From the NCBI GenBank assembly GCA_030390025.1, contig CM059433.1, forward strand, positions 24,368,001 to 24,432,000: a stretch of DNA of 64,000 bases. The letters run 5' to 3'. Shown here in pieces: positions 25,182 to 38,890 of this stretch. Under the pieces are notes generated by a model. It did not search any database, was not told the DNA's origin, and was given only the letters and a program-made list of their open reading frames with translations. The position numbers were made by a program, and so were the translations under genes. How positions within the stretch are numbered: the first letter of the stretch is position 1; every line of letters starts with the position of its first letter. Source of the stretch: Squalus acanthias (Eukaryota).

Positions 25182-26615
25182 TATATAAACTACAAATTCT
25201 CTCTTGATTGTATGCTACCACCCAGTGGTGAGAATTAATTACTGCAACAACAAAAAACAATTTTTGCACCACCACCCAGCAGGAGTATGGTAATAAGTTC
25301 TAAATGTACTATACCAATTGATTGCAAGAGAATTTGATTTTCTTCTCACCCCCAAAAATAGAGTACATACACAAGTTTGTTGCAGCACTAAGAAACAGAC
25401 CAGGAATGTCCCAGTTAAATCTCTTATTTTGTACAAGCAAGTTAGATCTCAACCAGAGCAGCTGTGAGACTACAACAATTGGTCTTGGCATTCTTCAACT
25501 AGAGAAGCAAGGAAAACAAATCATGGTCAGAGCTCCTGATCACTACACAATATCCCTTGCTATAAAAATTCCTGCAGCAGACAAGGTCAGGCTTGACGAT
25601 GAGGTGCCCACAGTCAAACAGTCTGCCAACACTCACTGATGAGGCTCACATGTGAAGAATAGAGACCTGACTGAGGTACTGGAGGTTGCTGCTACCTACA
25701 GATATATGCCAGTATCTTGCAACTTTCAACAGGGCAATGAGGACAAAAATTGGACAAGTAGAATGGAGAATTTTTAAACTCGCGTGAAAAGTTCTACCAA
25801 CAAGTCATTTAAGAAGGGAAGTAAACTCTTGGAGGGATGGTATTAATTCCAAAGCACTCTCCCATTTTATATAGAAAACAAATATTTAAAGAAAAAATTC
25901 TTGTTTGACTTAAAAGAAAAACAATGTTCTGACCTTTGCCAAGTCAGAGCTGCATGGGGGGTTGCTGATTGCAATGGTGTTCATTTAATTAAATGGCAAT
26001 TGTAACTTTGAACAATCTTGAGCGCCGATTATTCAGAACTTCCCAAACTCAGGAAACCATGCGCCAAGGTTTGGGGCTGCAGGTTATCTCCCGGCTGCTC
26101 CTCCTTGTACTTTATGGGGTCACTCCAGGACATTCCCCATCAGTGAGGGTCCTACAGCCACTTAGCAGCAAGAGATATTTAACCAGCAGGCAGGAAAATT
26201 AAGTCAAACAAGATTTCAGTATATGTCTTCTCCCACCATAACCTGGAGTTCACCAAATAAAATGTACTTTCCCTCCCTTCTTACTGAATCAACTTTATGC
26301 AATGATCATAATCAACTTCGTACAATGGGAAATTTTCAGTTTGAACTTGAAGATCCATGACATTTTCTTCTCCTATATAACGCATAAAGTGTATCCACAA
26401 ATAATGAATACCAACTAATTTTCTACCATGGGAAAAAGACAAGGCAGACAGGATCATCATTCCCCCCACCCCCTATCTTCCTTCTCTATCTTTCCTCTCC
26501 GACCTTTTCTTCCCTTCCCCACCACCCCCACCCACAGCTGAACTCGCAATCTGTATGTGACAGCATCAGGAGAATGAAATTCACAAAACAAAGACCAACA
26601 GTCCTTTGCACTTAC

Positions 26616-26690
26616 CACAATAGGGCAAATTGTGGCGAGCTGGTCATATAGATACCTGGCTTCCGAGATGCTGCATGCTTGGAATGTCAC
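26616..26690 (-). CDS. gclc: gclc coding exon 7 (75 nt)
   Basis: tag|GTG...GTG|gtaag; VTFQACSISEARYLYDQLATICPIV. Confidence 0.97.
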
Positions 26691-26772
26691 CTATCACAAA
26701 AAGAGGCATGTACGTAAGAGTGTAGATGAGAAATTAAATGATCACCTTCAAATTTTGCAACTGGACGCTCAC

Positions 26773-26909
26773 CTGAAGACAGCAATTGCCCATACCAAAC
26801 CCCATAGCATCCATATAGATGTGATCAGGTTTTGTTGCTCTTGCTGCTTCTCCATCGTCATTAAGAAATTTTTCAATAAATGGAGAGGAAATATTTTTGT
26901 CTTTATAAA
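26773..26909 (-). CDS. gclc: gclc coding exon 6 (137 nt)
   Basis: cag|TT TAT...CTT CAG|gtgag; IYKDKNISSPFIEKFLNDDGEAARATKPDHIYMDAMGFGMGNCCLQ. Confidence 0.97.
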
Positions 26910-27489
26910 CTGCAAGAGAGAGAAAAAAAAGTTATAAAGCCTGGTAACAGCTGGTAGCATTATAGACTTGAAAAGCAGAAGTATGTTCAAAACAAAATGT
27001 TTGGTGCACAAAAGGGCATGTACTTCACATTGAGTGTAATTATTCACCTAATAACATTCACTTGTATTAATGCATGGACTGTGGATTGGAGACAAGACTC
27101 ACCCAATTGCTCCTTGGATAAACATATGACCTGACGTGGTACTAAACCAGCCAGACCAGAATGTCCCAGGTGTTACATAGGAGTTGCATTCAGCCAACAC
27201 CAGTGGGGATGCAAATAAGCTCACCCTGTGAATTATAGTGGGGTCAGCACGAGAGTGGGTCCATAGGCAGAAGTCTGGCTCAGCAGCAAATGGCCACATG
27301 GAAGGTCAGGCCCAGAGTATCATGAAATGAAACAGCAAATCTCCAGTCTGTTACAATCCAATCAATGCATTTCCTACACACTTTGCTGTGCTACAAACTT
27401 TAATAGTTAAGCATTGGCATTTCCTGGCAAGATTTCAGTGACAAATACAGGAACTGCGAGTATCTGTAGATGGAACACTGTTTTAATTT

Positions 27490-27745
27490 CTTTGTAATAT
27501 GTATCCACTTCCCGTGTAAATGTTATAAGATCGGCTTCCACCACTGTTTCTGGTAGGGTATCCCCAGTCCCAACAGCCCTCTGTTATAGAAAGACTTGTC
27601 CTAACCTCTTCCTTAAGTCGTTTCGGTTATGATTTTAATTTTATGTTAAGCTCTAGATACAGACTCACCAACTAGTGCAAACAGTTTTTCCTCGTTTATT
27701 TTATCAAAACGGTTAATTCTTAACACCTCAATCAGTCCTCCTCTT
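27490..27745 (-). mobile_element. degenerate CR1 fragment
   Basis: tcggcttccaccact...aacagtttttcctc...aacacctcaatcag pattern (reverse of CR1 3' region). Confidence 0.55.
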
Positions 27746-27892
27746 GGAGAGCTGTTGGCACCCAGGGAACCAGCACCATACATCTTGAGTAATCAGTTCC
27801 AGAAGAGGCTTTTGAAGAAAGTCAAGAGAGGAAGGGAGAAGAGAATTTTTAAAAGAATGATTTGTGAAAGTCAATTTAGAATGTTTACTTAC

Positions 27893-27951
27893 TTGGTACG
27901 TTAATGGCTATTTTTTCTCCTCGCCGGTGCCGAATATTCCTGGTCAAAGTG
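27893..27951 (-). CDS. gclc: gclc coding exon 5 (59 nt)
   Basis: cag|C ACT...CCA A|gtaagt; STLTRNIRHRRGEKIAINVP. Confidence 0.96.
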
Positions 27952-28379
27952 CTGAAGAAAGAAATCCAACACAAGAACAAACTGAGATGGCATTGTGGAA
28001 AAATTATAAAATTTACTGAAGTCCCTTAAGCTTGAATCAGGCAGATGTGAATATCCCATTTTATAAAACTTACTAGTATAAGAATTGGCAAACTTCAATA
28101 CAGCCCAAGAAAAAGAAATCTGGGAGCCAAAAGGTGCACTCGAGAGACTGAACTCAGTTTGAAGCACTCACTGCAAGTGGAGGCTTTGAGGGGGGACAAC
28201 AGTATCATGTGCCTCTGGAGATACTCCAATTCATATTTAATTCTTATGAATCTATAGATTCAGCAGAGGCTGATGAAATGCATTGAAGATATCTGAAATA
28301 GTGTATATTTTAGTTTAAAGCAGGCAGATTTCTAACTTTGCTCCAGTGTAACTACTGATAGTAATATCTAGATCTAGAA

Positions 28380-29010
28380 GCAGAGTATAAAAGCAAGGAA
28401 ATTATGTTAAAACTTTATACATCACTGGTTCGGCCTCAGCTAGAGAATTGTGTCCAAATCTGCGCACTAGACTTTAGGAAGGATGTTAACGCCTTGGAGA
28501 GGATGCAGAGGAGATTTACAATAATTAAACATGGGATAATGGATAGTTAGTGTCATAACGGCACAGAAGGTGGTCATTTGGCCCATCGAGTGCGTGCCTT
28601 TTTTTTTCCATGGAAGCAGTTATGTGGAGACTAGAGAAGCTGGGTTTCTCCTTAGAGCAGAGAAGGTCAAGGGGAGATTTAATTTGGTGTTCAAAATTAT
28701 GAGGGGTTTTGATAGAGTACGCAAGGAGAAACCGTTTCCACTGGCGAGTGGATCAGTAACCAGAGGCGAGATGAGTTTATTTATTTTTCGCAGCGAGTTA
28801 CGATGATCTAGAATGCACTGCCAGAAATGGGGGTGGAAGCAGATTCAATCGTAACTTTCTAAAAGGAATTGGATAAATGCTTGTAAAGCTAAAAATTTGA
28901 AGAGTTATGGAGAAAAAGCAGGGGAGTGAGACTAATTGGATAGCTCAAAGAGCCAGCACAGCATCAATGAACCGAATGGCCTCCTCCTGTGCTGTAAGAT
29001 TATCTGATTT
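28380..29010 (+). mobile_element. degenerate CR1 3' fragment
   Basis: VFKIMRGFDRV..EKPFPLA motif and CR1 tail. Confidence 0.85.
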
Positions 29011-30103
29011 GCTCGAGCTGATGAGTGAGATTAGCTACCCTCTACAGCTCTTTTTCCTTCTACAATATCGTTCATCCTCCAAATACAAAGATAGACAGTC
29101 ATTAAAATCTTGACAGTGCAAGGCATTTTCGCGGCAAGATAGCGTCAAGCCACAGTCTTCCTTGATATGCATAGTAGGGAGCATATGCACAGAATTCCCT
29201 CACTTTGGAGATAAGAGTCGGGCAGAGCAATTACACCCAAAAATAAACTTCAGATATTAACAGAAAGGGAATCCCTTACATAAAAGGAAGAGAGCCCCAT
29301 ATACCAAATGTTGGTTATTCAGTATTTATTTGTGCATCCTCCCCATACTGTTAAGTGAAATCAAATAAAGAACCAAGCAATAGTGTTGCCCAAGAGCTTT
29401 TGCACAAGGGAGCCCTTGAAGGGCAAACACTATTCCTCAACTTCGGAGATCAGAAAAGCAGCCATGAGTGACTAAAAATATTTACAATAATAGGAAAGCG
29501 GCTCTTGAGCTTGAAGATCCAGCCTTCCGACAGACGCTGTGAAGAGCTGGTTACACTGAGCCCTTGTGACAAGACTGGAGCAAAGTTCAGATTATGAAAA
29601 GTGTTGCTAAAATGGAAAGACAGAAGATAGGCATTTGAAATGGACAATGCAGCTTTTTAAAATTGGGAATGGACATTAAAGAGAGGAAGAAGTCATTAGG
29701 ACTAAACATATCTTGAGCCAGCTCAATCTCAGTATTGGCATCATTATTTAGTGATAACTGTTTCCATCATATGCCAAGATCTTGCCACACATTTTTGTAG
29801 TGGCAAAGAAACTGGACTGAATGGAACAAATGCAATAAAACAAATATTTCTGATGTAGGTGACAGATGTACTGCCAAAAGTAGTCTGCTTCACCCATCCA
29901 TACAATGGTGTTCTGTGCTGCACCATTCTTTGGATGAGTGAAGGCCACCTGACCAAGAATTCACTTAGTCGGTGATACAATATGATCTAAGCAGATGTGC
30001 TGACAACACCTTACTGTACTAAAAACCAACATAAAATATGCATTTAACTTTTACAGCAATAGGCAGAATGTTGTTTACCAACATAAGGTCACCATTAACT
30101 CAC

Positions 30104-30217
30104 CTAAATCTTGGATGTTTGTTAATTGCTTCATCGGGAAAGAACAGCGATTTAGAGGCTCCACTTTCAATTGGTTTAGGCTCATGTACAGGTTGTGTGA
30201 ATTGATGACACCCCAGC
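30104..30217 (-). CDS. gclc: gclc coding exon 4 (114 nt)
   Basis: cag|G CTG...TTT AG|gtgag; LGCHQFTQPVHEPKPIESGASKSLFFPDEAINKHPRF. Confidence 0.96.
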
Positions 30218-31899
30218 CTGGAAAATAATTTCCCCCCCAAATGAATTAATTTAGAAACATTTACACAAATTTGTACAGAACAAGATCATTCATTTAGTCT
30301 CCCTCCTCTTCCAACCCCCCTCCCCCAAAAGATCTGACTACAGTTCCTACTGTATTATTTCCATCGTAACCACTTGGCATTGGGAGCTAAACCTTTTATG
30401 CAATTTAACAATCTCCCCAGCAAAAAAAGTTAAAAAAAAGAATTTTGTAAACATTTGTACAAAGGGTTGGAGATTTATTTCTACCAGTAAATTTCTTGTG
30501 GCGTTGCCCATGGTCAGCTGAAAACAATTTTTTTTTTTAAATATGCAGACAGCAGTGGAGTAGGAAGACTTCAGAAACATGCTCCATAGTACCACCTTCT
30601 GGCTAAAGCCTGCAACTATATTACCTCCTCTTCTTCGACAGTCCCTCGGCACTGTTTACCACAGGCAACTGTTTATATACAGGATTTCAAACTGTGACAA
30701 CAGGAAGTGTGCACGTATAGACATCCGATAAATGCCTTTCAATTTCTATTACTGGTACAACATCTTGTATTTCTATAGCACGTCAAGGCGCTTCACAGGA
30801 GCATTATCAAAAGCAAAATAAAGTTAATTCTAGTCTTTCCAACAATACACTTCAACTTCAGAATAGCACCCCCTATTGCAGAGTGTAGATTTGTTGAAGT
30901 CCCACACCACCAGCTCAAGTTCAACAGTATTTTTTTTTGCTGTGGGCCTGTGCACATAAAAATTGGATCGAGACTGACCAAACACCCTACCAAAATGATG
31001 TACAAGAACAAGATCGACACGGTGATTTCATCTCGCTTGCTGGGGATAGATTTAGAAGAGGATGGATAACCTTACCTTGGTTAGGTTTTCTTACAAGACT
31101 AAACTAGCTGCTCATTTCATCTGAAATGATGTCTTCCTGTCTTATCAAGCCATTTCTTCATTCGGTAAGGATACAATAATTCTATTAACACTCTTAAAAC
31201 TACTATTTTGATCTCTACTTCTTGCCCCCACACAATATAAAAATTACTGATTTAAGGTACTGATTTATGCTAGGCAAAGTTCCACAGGCAGCAGTTTCCC
31301 TCTGGTACTTTTTCCAAACAACCATTCTCCACGAGAAAGCCCACAGAGTGTTAGCAAGTGAAACCACTGCAGAAGCAATCACAGTCACTGCAGATCCATT
31401 TGAACAAGAGCTATAATTTAATGAAATTTCAGGCTTCTCCAATGCCACAGTTGATAAATGTACTGACCATATACAACAGCCACCAAGTTGTGCTGTTAGC
31501 TGATCTTTTCTAGGTGGCAGTTGGGGTGCTGAAATTGGCATCATCACCCCCAAATAGAGAGAAGGGGGGGGGGGGGGCAGTGGAAATCCAGGGTTACTAC
31601 TCCTGACCCCTATCTATCTATGACCACTGCTGGAAAGTTCATGGGACATCAGACATGGCTGTGTTGCCTCCTTGGATTAAAAAAAAGAGTGCCAAAGAAC
31701 TACAACTTATATTCAGAAGCTACAGGAATGCCTGGTGGGTAGGTTGACAGTGGGCGAGAAGGGAAAGGCAAGGCAAAAGTTATCACCTACTTAGCATTTC
31801 CATTCATTTAAACTCTTTAAAAAACATAATCACAGAATTAAGCCAGGATCATCAGTATAAAGAACTGCATGGGTGATACAAAAATATTTGCTAACCAAA

Positions 31900-33262
31900 T
31901 AAAAATGCTAGAGTCCATTATAAAAGATGTAATAGCAGAGCACTTGGAAAACAGTGACAGGATCAGACAAAGTCAACATGGATTTACAAAAGGTAAATCG
32001 TGCTTGACTAATCTACTGGAATTTTTTGAGGATGTAACTGGTAAAATAGATAAGGGAGAACCAGTGGATGTGGTGTATTTGGACTTTCAAAAGGCTTTCG
32101 ATAAGGTCCCACATAAGAGATTAGCATGTAAAGTTAAGGCACATGGGATTGGGGGCAAGGTATTGACTTGGATAGAGAACTGGTTGGCAGACAGAAAACA
32201 AAGAGTTGGAATAAACGGGTCTTTTTCCGAGTGGCAGGCAGTGACTAGTGGGGTACCGCAGGGATCGGTCCTTGGACCCCAGCTATTCACAATATATATA
32301 TTAATGATCTAGACAAGGGAACTAGATGTAATATCTCAAAGTTTGCAAACGACACAAAGCTGGGTGGGCGTGTGTGCTGTGAGGAGGATGCCGAGAAACT
32401 CCAGGATGATTTGGACAGGTTGGGTGACTGGGCAGAAGCATGGCAAATGCAATATAACGTGGATAAATGCAAGGTTATCCACTTTGGTGTCAAAAACAGG
32501 AAGGCAGATTATTATCTGAATGGCAATAGATTGGGAGAAGGGGAAGTGCAACGAGACCTGGGTGTCCTTGTGCACCAGTCGCTGAAGGTAAGCATGCAGG
32601 TGCAGCAGACGGTTAAGAAGGCAAATGGTATGTTGGCCTTCGTAGCGAGAGGGTTTGAGTATAGGAACAGGGATGTCTTGCTGCAGTTGTACAGAGCCTT
32701 GGTGAGACCACATCTTGAGTATAGTGTGCAGTTTTGGTCGCCTTATCTGAGGAAGGAGGTTCTTGCCATGGAAGGAGTTCAGCGAAAATTCACCAGACTG
32801 ATACCTGGGATGGCAGGAATGACGTATGAGGAGAGATTAGGTCGATTGGGCTTATACTCGCTGGAGTTTAGAAGAATGAGAGGGGATCTCATTGAAGCTT
32901 ATAAAATTCTGAAAGGACTGGACAGACTAGATGCAGGAAGGATGTTCCCGATGGTCAGGGAGTCCAGAACCAGGGGTCACAGTCTAAGGATAAGGGGTAA
33001 GCCATTTAGGACTGAAATGAGGAGGAATTTCTTCACCCAGAGAGTGGTGAACCTGTAGAATTCTCTACCACAGAAGGCAGTAGAGGCCAATTCATTAAAT
33101 ATATTCAAGAAGGAGTTGGATATATTTAAGGCTAAAGGGATATGGGGAGAAAGCAGGGACAGGGTTCTGAATTTGGATGATCAGCCATGATCACATTGAA
33201 TGGCGGAGCAGGCTCGAGGGGCCGAATGGCCTACTCCTGCTCCTATCTTCTATGTCTATGTC
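31900..33262 (+). mobile_element. relatively young 5'-truncated CR1 LINE (RT domain)
   Basis: SQHGFTKGKSCLTNLLEFFE, YLDFQKAFDKVPH, SGVPQGSVLGP; only about one frameshift and one stop; tail tatgtctatgtc. Confidence 0.95.
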
Positions 33263-34249
33263 TTTAAGAGAAAACAGTGCATTTGCTGTAACAGCTTAAA
33301 TATGCCAGCAACATTTATCTTTGAAATTGACCCAAAGTGTGATTGAAGAACAAGATGACAACCCTGAACATTTCATCCCAGTTACATTAGGAGAGGGTAT
33401 TTACCCACTATAGCCATCAACTCTTCCTATCAAAACCTAAACAGCCTTGTTTAGAAATGAGGGCACAAGAATTTGACTAATAGGTAAGCTATACAGTATC
33501 AAATTTAACTCCCAGTTAAGCACCAAGAGATGTCTATGTTCACTGTTCAAGGTTCCAACAAACCTGCTGCTAAAGAGTTCAATAAACCTTCCAAAGACTG
33601 ACCATTACGTACATAAAATAAAATTTCTTCCATTCAGTGTTATACTCCGCTCAATGGGTAGAAGTCTTCCTAGATGTCATTGAAGGTAGAAGGCATTTTT
33701 AAAACTGGAAAGGATCAATAGTTAGTTGTCTGGGGAAGAGACCAGTTAAACAAATTGAATGATACAGACCACAATATCATGCTCAGAAGCACCAGAATCA
33801 TCCATATTCCCTCCAGCTAGAATTTCTGCAGGGCTTGGGGAATGAGGGAAACACATACAAACCAATTGTAGAGCTGGACTCTAGGCTGTCCATGGGTCAA
33901 ATTCCAGTTAACACTCATGATAGCAACATCTTTCGCTTGAGTGCACAGGTATCTGAGTTAGTGATTGTTGGGACAAGAATGCCATTTAAGTAGTTTTCAA
34001 CGCCTAAAAACTAATCTGGAGTTTCACCTTGCTCATTGATAAAACTGATCACGATGACGGTGTTCATAAACTCAGCAACTGCAGACTAGGTCTCAAAGAT
34101 AGTAGCTAAAGAAGCAACCTTCATTTAGAGTCTATGTGCCACCGAGACATAATCTAGCTGGCATAGTGTGCCTCTCAAACAAATTAGCAAAGGATCTATC
34201 ACCAAGGTTAAACACAAGGATGATGGCTGTAACTTGTGCCCAATTAAAT

Positions 34250-37200
34250 AGAGGCATGGCAGGGCACCTCAGTCCTGAGGAATGCACATCTTGTGCCATG
34301 TGGGAAATCCAGGACACTTCCAATGTCCTGGACAACCACAAGTGCAGGAAGTGTCGTCAGCTGGAGGAGCTCGAGCAGCATCTGGCGTCACTGCGGTGCA
34401 TCCGTAAGGCTGAGAGCTACGTGGATAGCACATTTCAGGAGGTGGTCACCCCGCAGCTTAAGAGTGTGCAGGCAGAAAAGGAGGACCTGGCAGGTAGTGC
34501 AGGAGTCCCCCAAGTGCATCTCACTCTCTAACCAGTACTGGTGAGGGCGATGGTTCCTCTGGGGAGTACAGCCAGAGCTGAGTCCACGGCACCATAGGTG
34601 GCTCAGCTGTGCAGGGTGGGGGAGAGGAATTGGAAGATCAGGAAAACAATAGTGATAGGGGATTCAATAGTCAGGGGAACAGCCAGGCGTTTCTGCGGCT
34701 GCAGATGTGCTCCTAGTTTCTATGTTTAGGATGGTATGTTGCCTCCCTGGTGCCAGGGTCAAGGATGTCAGAGCGGCTGCAGAACATTGGGGGGGGGGGG
34801 GGGGCGAGTGAACAGCAAGAGGTCGTGGTCCATATCGGTATCAACGACATAGGTAGAAAGAGGGATGAGTTCCTGCAGGCAGATTTTAGGGAGCTAGGAA
34901 CAAGATCAACAAGCAGGACCTCAAAAAGTAATAATCTCCGGATTACTCCCAGTGCCACGCGCTAGTGAGTAGAGAAATAGGAGGATCCAGCAGATGAATG
35001 CGTGGCTAGTGAGATGGTGCAGGAGGGAGGGCTTTAGATTCCTGGGACATTGGGACCGGTTCTGGCGTCGGTGGGATCCGTACAGGCCGGACGGGTCGCA
35101 CCTCAACAGAGCCGGGACCAATATCCTCGCCTGGGGGGGGGGGGGGGGGGGTTGCTCGTGCTGTTGGGGAGGGTTTAAACTAATTTGGCATGGGGGGATG
35201 GGCACCAGGATGTAGCATTAGAAAGGAGAAACATGGTGCACAAGAGTGGGAGATACAGATAGCACTAGAGTAAGAGATAGTCTGACCCCACCCAATACTG
35301 TACTAAGAAAATACAAGATCATCCAAGATAAGTTTACAGTGCATGTATGCAAACACACAAAGCACGGTAAATAAGGTTGGTGAGCTGCAGGCACAAATAG
35401 CCACATGGGAATATGATATGATGTTGCAGCAATAACAGAGACCTGGCTCAAAAAAGGGCAGGATTGGGTACTAAATATTCCTGGATAGAAGGTGCTCAGG
35501 AAAGATAGGGAAGGAAAGATAGGAGGTGGTGTGGCAGTATTGATTAAGGAGAATATTACAGTGCTAGAGAGAGGATGTCCTGGAGGTGTCAAGGACAGAA
35601 TCTATTTGGTTAGAGTTAAGAAACAATAGAGGTGCCATTACACTACCAGGTGCATTCTATAGGCCAACTACTTGTGGGAAGGATCTAGAGGAGCAAATTG
35701 GCAGGGAAATTACAGAGAGGTGAAAGAACTATAGAGTAGTGATAATGAGGGACTTCAATTATCCCAATATAGACTGGGATAGTAACAGTGTAAAGGGCAG
35801 AGAGGGGGAAGAATTTCTGAAGTGTGTTCAGGAGAACTTTCTTCATCAGTACGTTTCCAGCTTAACGAGGGAAGAGGCATTGCTGGATCGGGATCTGGGG
35901 AATGAGGTGCATCAAGTTTCAGTAGGGGAACATTTAGGGAACAGTGATTATATTATAACGTTTAGATTAGCTATGGAAAAGGGCAAAGAGCAATCTAGAA
36001 TCAAAATTCTTAATTGGAGGAGGGCCAATTTCAGTGGGTTGAGAGCAGACCTGGCCCGGGTAAATTGGAATCAAAGATTGGCAGGCAACAGTGTAATTGA
36101 ACAATGGGCTGCCTTTAAAGAGGAGATGGTTCAAGTACAGTCAAGGTACATTTCCACCAGGGGGAAAGGTAGGGCAACCTAAGCCAGAGCTCCCTGGATG
36201 ACGAAAGAGAGAGCAAGAGTAAGATAAAGCAGAAAAAAGGAGTGTATGGCAGATGTCAGGTTGAGAATACAAGTGAGAACCAGGCTGAATACAAAAAGTT
36301 CAGAGGGGAAGTGAAAAAGGAAATAAAGAGGGGCAAAGACAGAGTACGAGACTAGACTGGCAGCTAACAAAAGGGAATCCAAAAGTCTTCTATAGGCATA
36401 TAATAAACAGGTAGTAAGAGGTGGGGTAGGGCCAATTAGGGACCAAAATGGAGGCCTACGCATGGAGGCAGAGGGCATAGCTGAGGTACTAAATGAGTAT
36501 TTTGCATCTGTCTTTACCAAGGAAGAAGATGCTGCCAAGTCATAGTGAAAGAGGAGGTAGTTGAGATATTGGATGGGATAAAAATTGATAGAGGTACGAG
36601 AAAGGCTGGCTGTACTAAAAAGTAGATAAGTCACCAGGGCCAGATGGGAAGCATTCTAGGATGCTGAGGGAAATAACAGTGGAAATTGCAGAGGTACTGG
36701 CCATAATCTTCCAATCCTCCTTGGATACGGGAGGTGGTGCCAGAGGACTGAAAAATTGCAAATGTTACACCCTTGTTCAAAATAAGGTGTAAGGATAAAC
36801 CCAGCAACTACAGACCAGTCAGTGTGGATTCATTAAGGGAAGCCAGCAAGGATTTGTTAAAGGCAAATTGTGCTTAACTAACTTCATTGAATTTTTTGAT
36901 GAGGTAACAGAGAGGGTTGATGATGGCAATGCGGTTGATGTGGTGTACATTGACTTCCAAAAGGCATTTCATAAAGTGCCACATAATAGGCTTGCCAGCA
37001 AAGTTGAAGCCCATGGTATAAAAGGGACAGTGGCAGCATGGATATGAAATTGCTAAGTGACAGGAAACAGTAGTGGTGAACGGTTGTTTTTCAGAATGGA
37101 GGAAGGGATACAGTGGTGCTCCCTAGTGGTCAGTACTAGGACCACTGCTTTTGTTGATATACATTAATGATTTGGACTTAGGTGTACAGGGCACTATTTC

Positions 37201-38113
37201 AAAATCTGCAGATGACGCAAAACTTGGAAGTGTAGTGAACAGTGGTGAGGAGAGTGATAGACTTTAAGAGGACAGACAGGCTGGTGGAATGGGCGGACAA
37301 TTGGCAGATGAAGTTTAACACAGAAAAGTGTGAAGTGATGCATTTTGGTAGGAAGAACGAGAGGCAATATAAGCTAAAGGGTACAACTCTAAAGGGGGTG
37401 CAGAAACAGAGAGACCTGGGGGTATGTGCGCACAAATCATTGAAGGTGGCAGGGCAGGTTGAGAAAGCACTTAAAGCATATGGGATCCTGAGCTTTATAA
37501 ATAGAGGCATAGCGTACAAAAGAAAGGAAGTTATGATGAACCTTTATAAAACACTGGCTCGGCCACAACTGGAGTATTGTGTCCAATTCTGGGCACCGCA
37601 CTTTAGGAAGGATGTGAAGGCTTTAGAGAGGGTGCAGAAAAGATTTACAAGAATGGTTCCAGGAACGAGGGACTTCAGTTACATGGATAGACTGAAGAAG
37701 CTGGGGTTCTTCTCCTTAGAGCAGAGAAGATTGAGAGGAGATTTGATAGAGGTGTTCAAAATCATGAGGGGTCTAGACAGTAGAGAGAAACTGTTCCCAT
37801 TGGCGGAAGGGTCGAGAACCAGAGGACACAGATTTAAGGTGATTGGCAGAAGCTCCAAAGGCGACATGAGGAAAAACATTTTTACGCAGCAAGTGGTTAT
37901 GATCTGGAATGCACTGCCTGACAGGGTGGTGGAGGCAGATTCAATTGTGGCTTTCTAAAGGGAATTAGAGAAGTACCTGAAGGAAAAAAATTTGCAGGGC
38001 TACGGGGAAAGAGCGGGGGATTGGGACGAGCTGAAGTGCTCTTGCAGAGAGCCGGCATGGGCTAGACGGGTCGAATGACCTCCTACTGTGCTGTAACGAT
38101 TCTAGGATTCTAT
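34250..38113 (+). mobile_element. near full-length degenerate CR1 LINE (ORF1 Cys/esterase region + ORF2 EN-RT)
   Basis: CTSCAMWE..CRKC, GDS-type esterase segment, DFNYPNIDW (EN), RT motifs, 3' tail. Confidence 0.92.
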
Positions 38114-38579
38114 AGCCTGAAGGAACTTGGAAGGCTCACCATCTCAAATGCTTCATTGGTAAGCACTTGCGAGATCAGTAATAAAACGGTGAATTAGAAC
38201 TTCAGGAAGTCTTGTATCTCATACCACGTCAACGTCTACAACCAGACGACAACATGCAATAACATTTATCAAATCAGTAAGGAAGCAGAATAAACTAATT
38301 GATCCACAAGATGGATAAATCCTTTGGATGCAACTCCGAAATCCAGACTGTCTGCAGATAGGTGTCTGGGATCTTGAGTTCTGTCCCCAGAATTTGGCAG
38401 CTGATCCATCATATCTTCTACCCACGGAATAAATCAATTTTATTGGGTAGACAAAAAGGGAAAAATATTCAAAAGCAGCTTTGGCACACAAAGCACCGTG
38501 GCACGAGTCTGGATAGGAGCTTTAGATTAGTCAGCATGTCCAAGGCCATTTTGGCAATTAAATGCTCGTTTTAGATAAA

Positions 38580-38890
38580 TTGTTCTCGGGATATGGACAT
38601 TACTGGCAAGGCAGCCTTTACTGCCCATTCCTAGTTGCTTTGAGAAGGTGGTGACAAGCCTTCCTGAACCGCTGCAGTTCTGGTGGCAATGGTGCTCCCA
38701 CAATGGTGTTAGATAGGGAATTCCAGGACACTGATTAACTTAGCCACAGTGAAGGTAATGTCCAAATCAGGATGGTGTGTGACTTGAGAGGAACTTGGTG
38801 GACCCACAACATTGCTGCTCTTTTCCTTCTCAATGGTAGAGATCGCAGAGGATGCTGTTGAAGCAACCTTAGTGAGTTGCTGTAGTCAAC
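38580..38890 (-). mobile_element. RTEX/jockey-like LINE 3' fragment
   Basis: Reverse-complement similar to the 3' end of the element at 50950-51243. Confidence 0.6.
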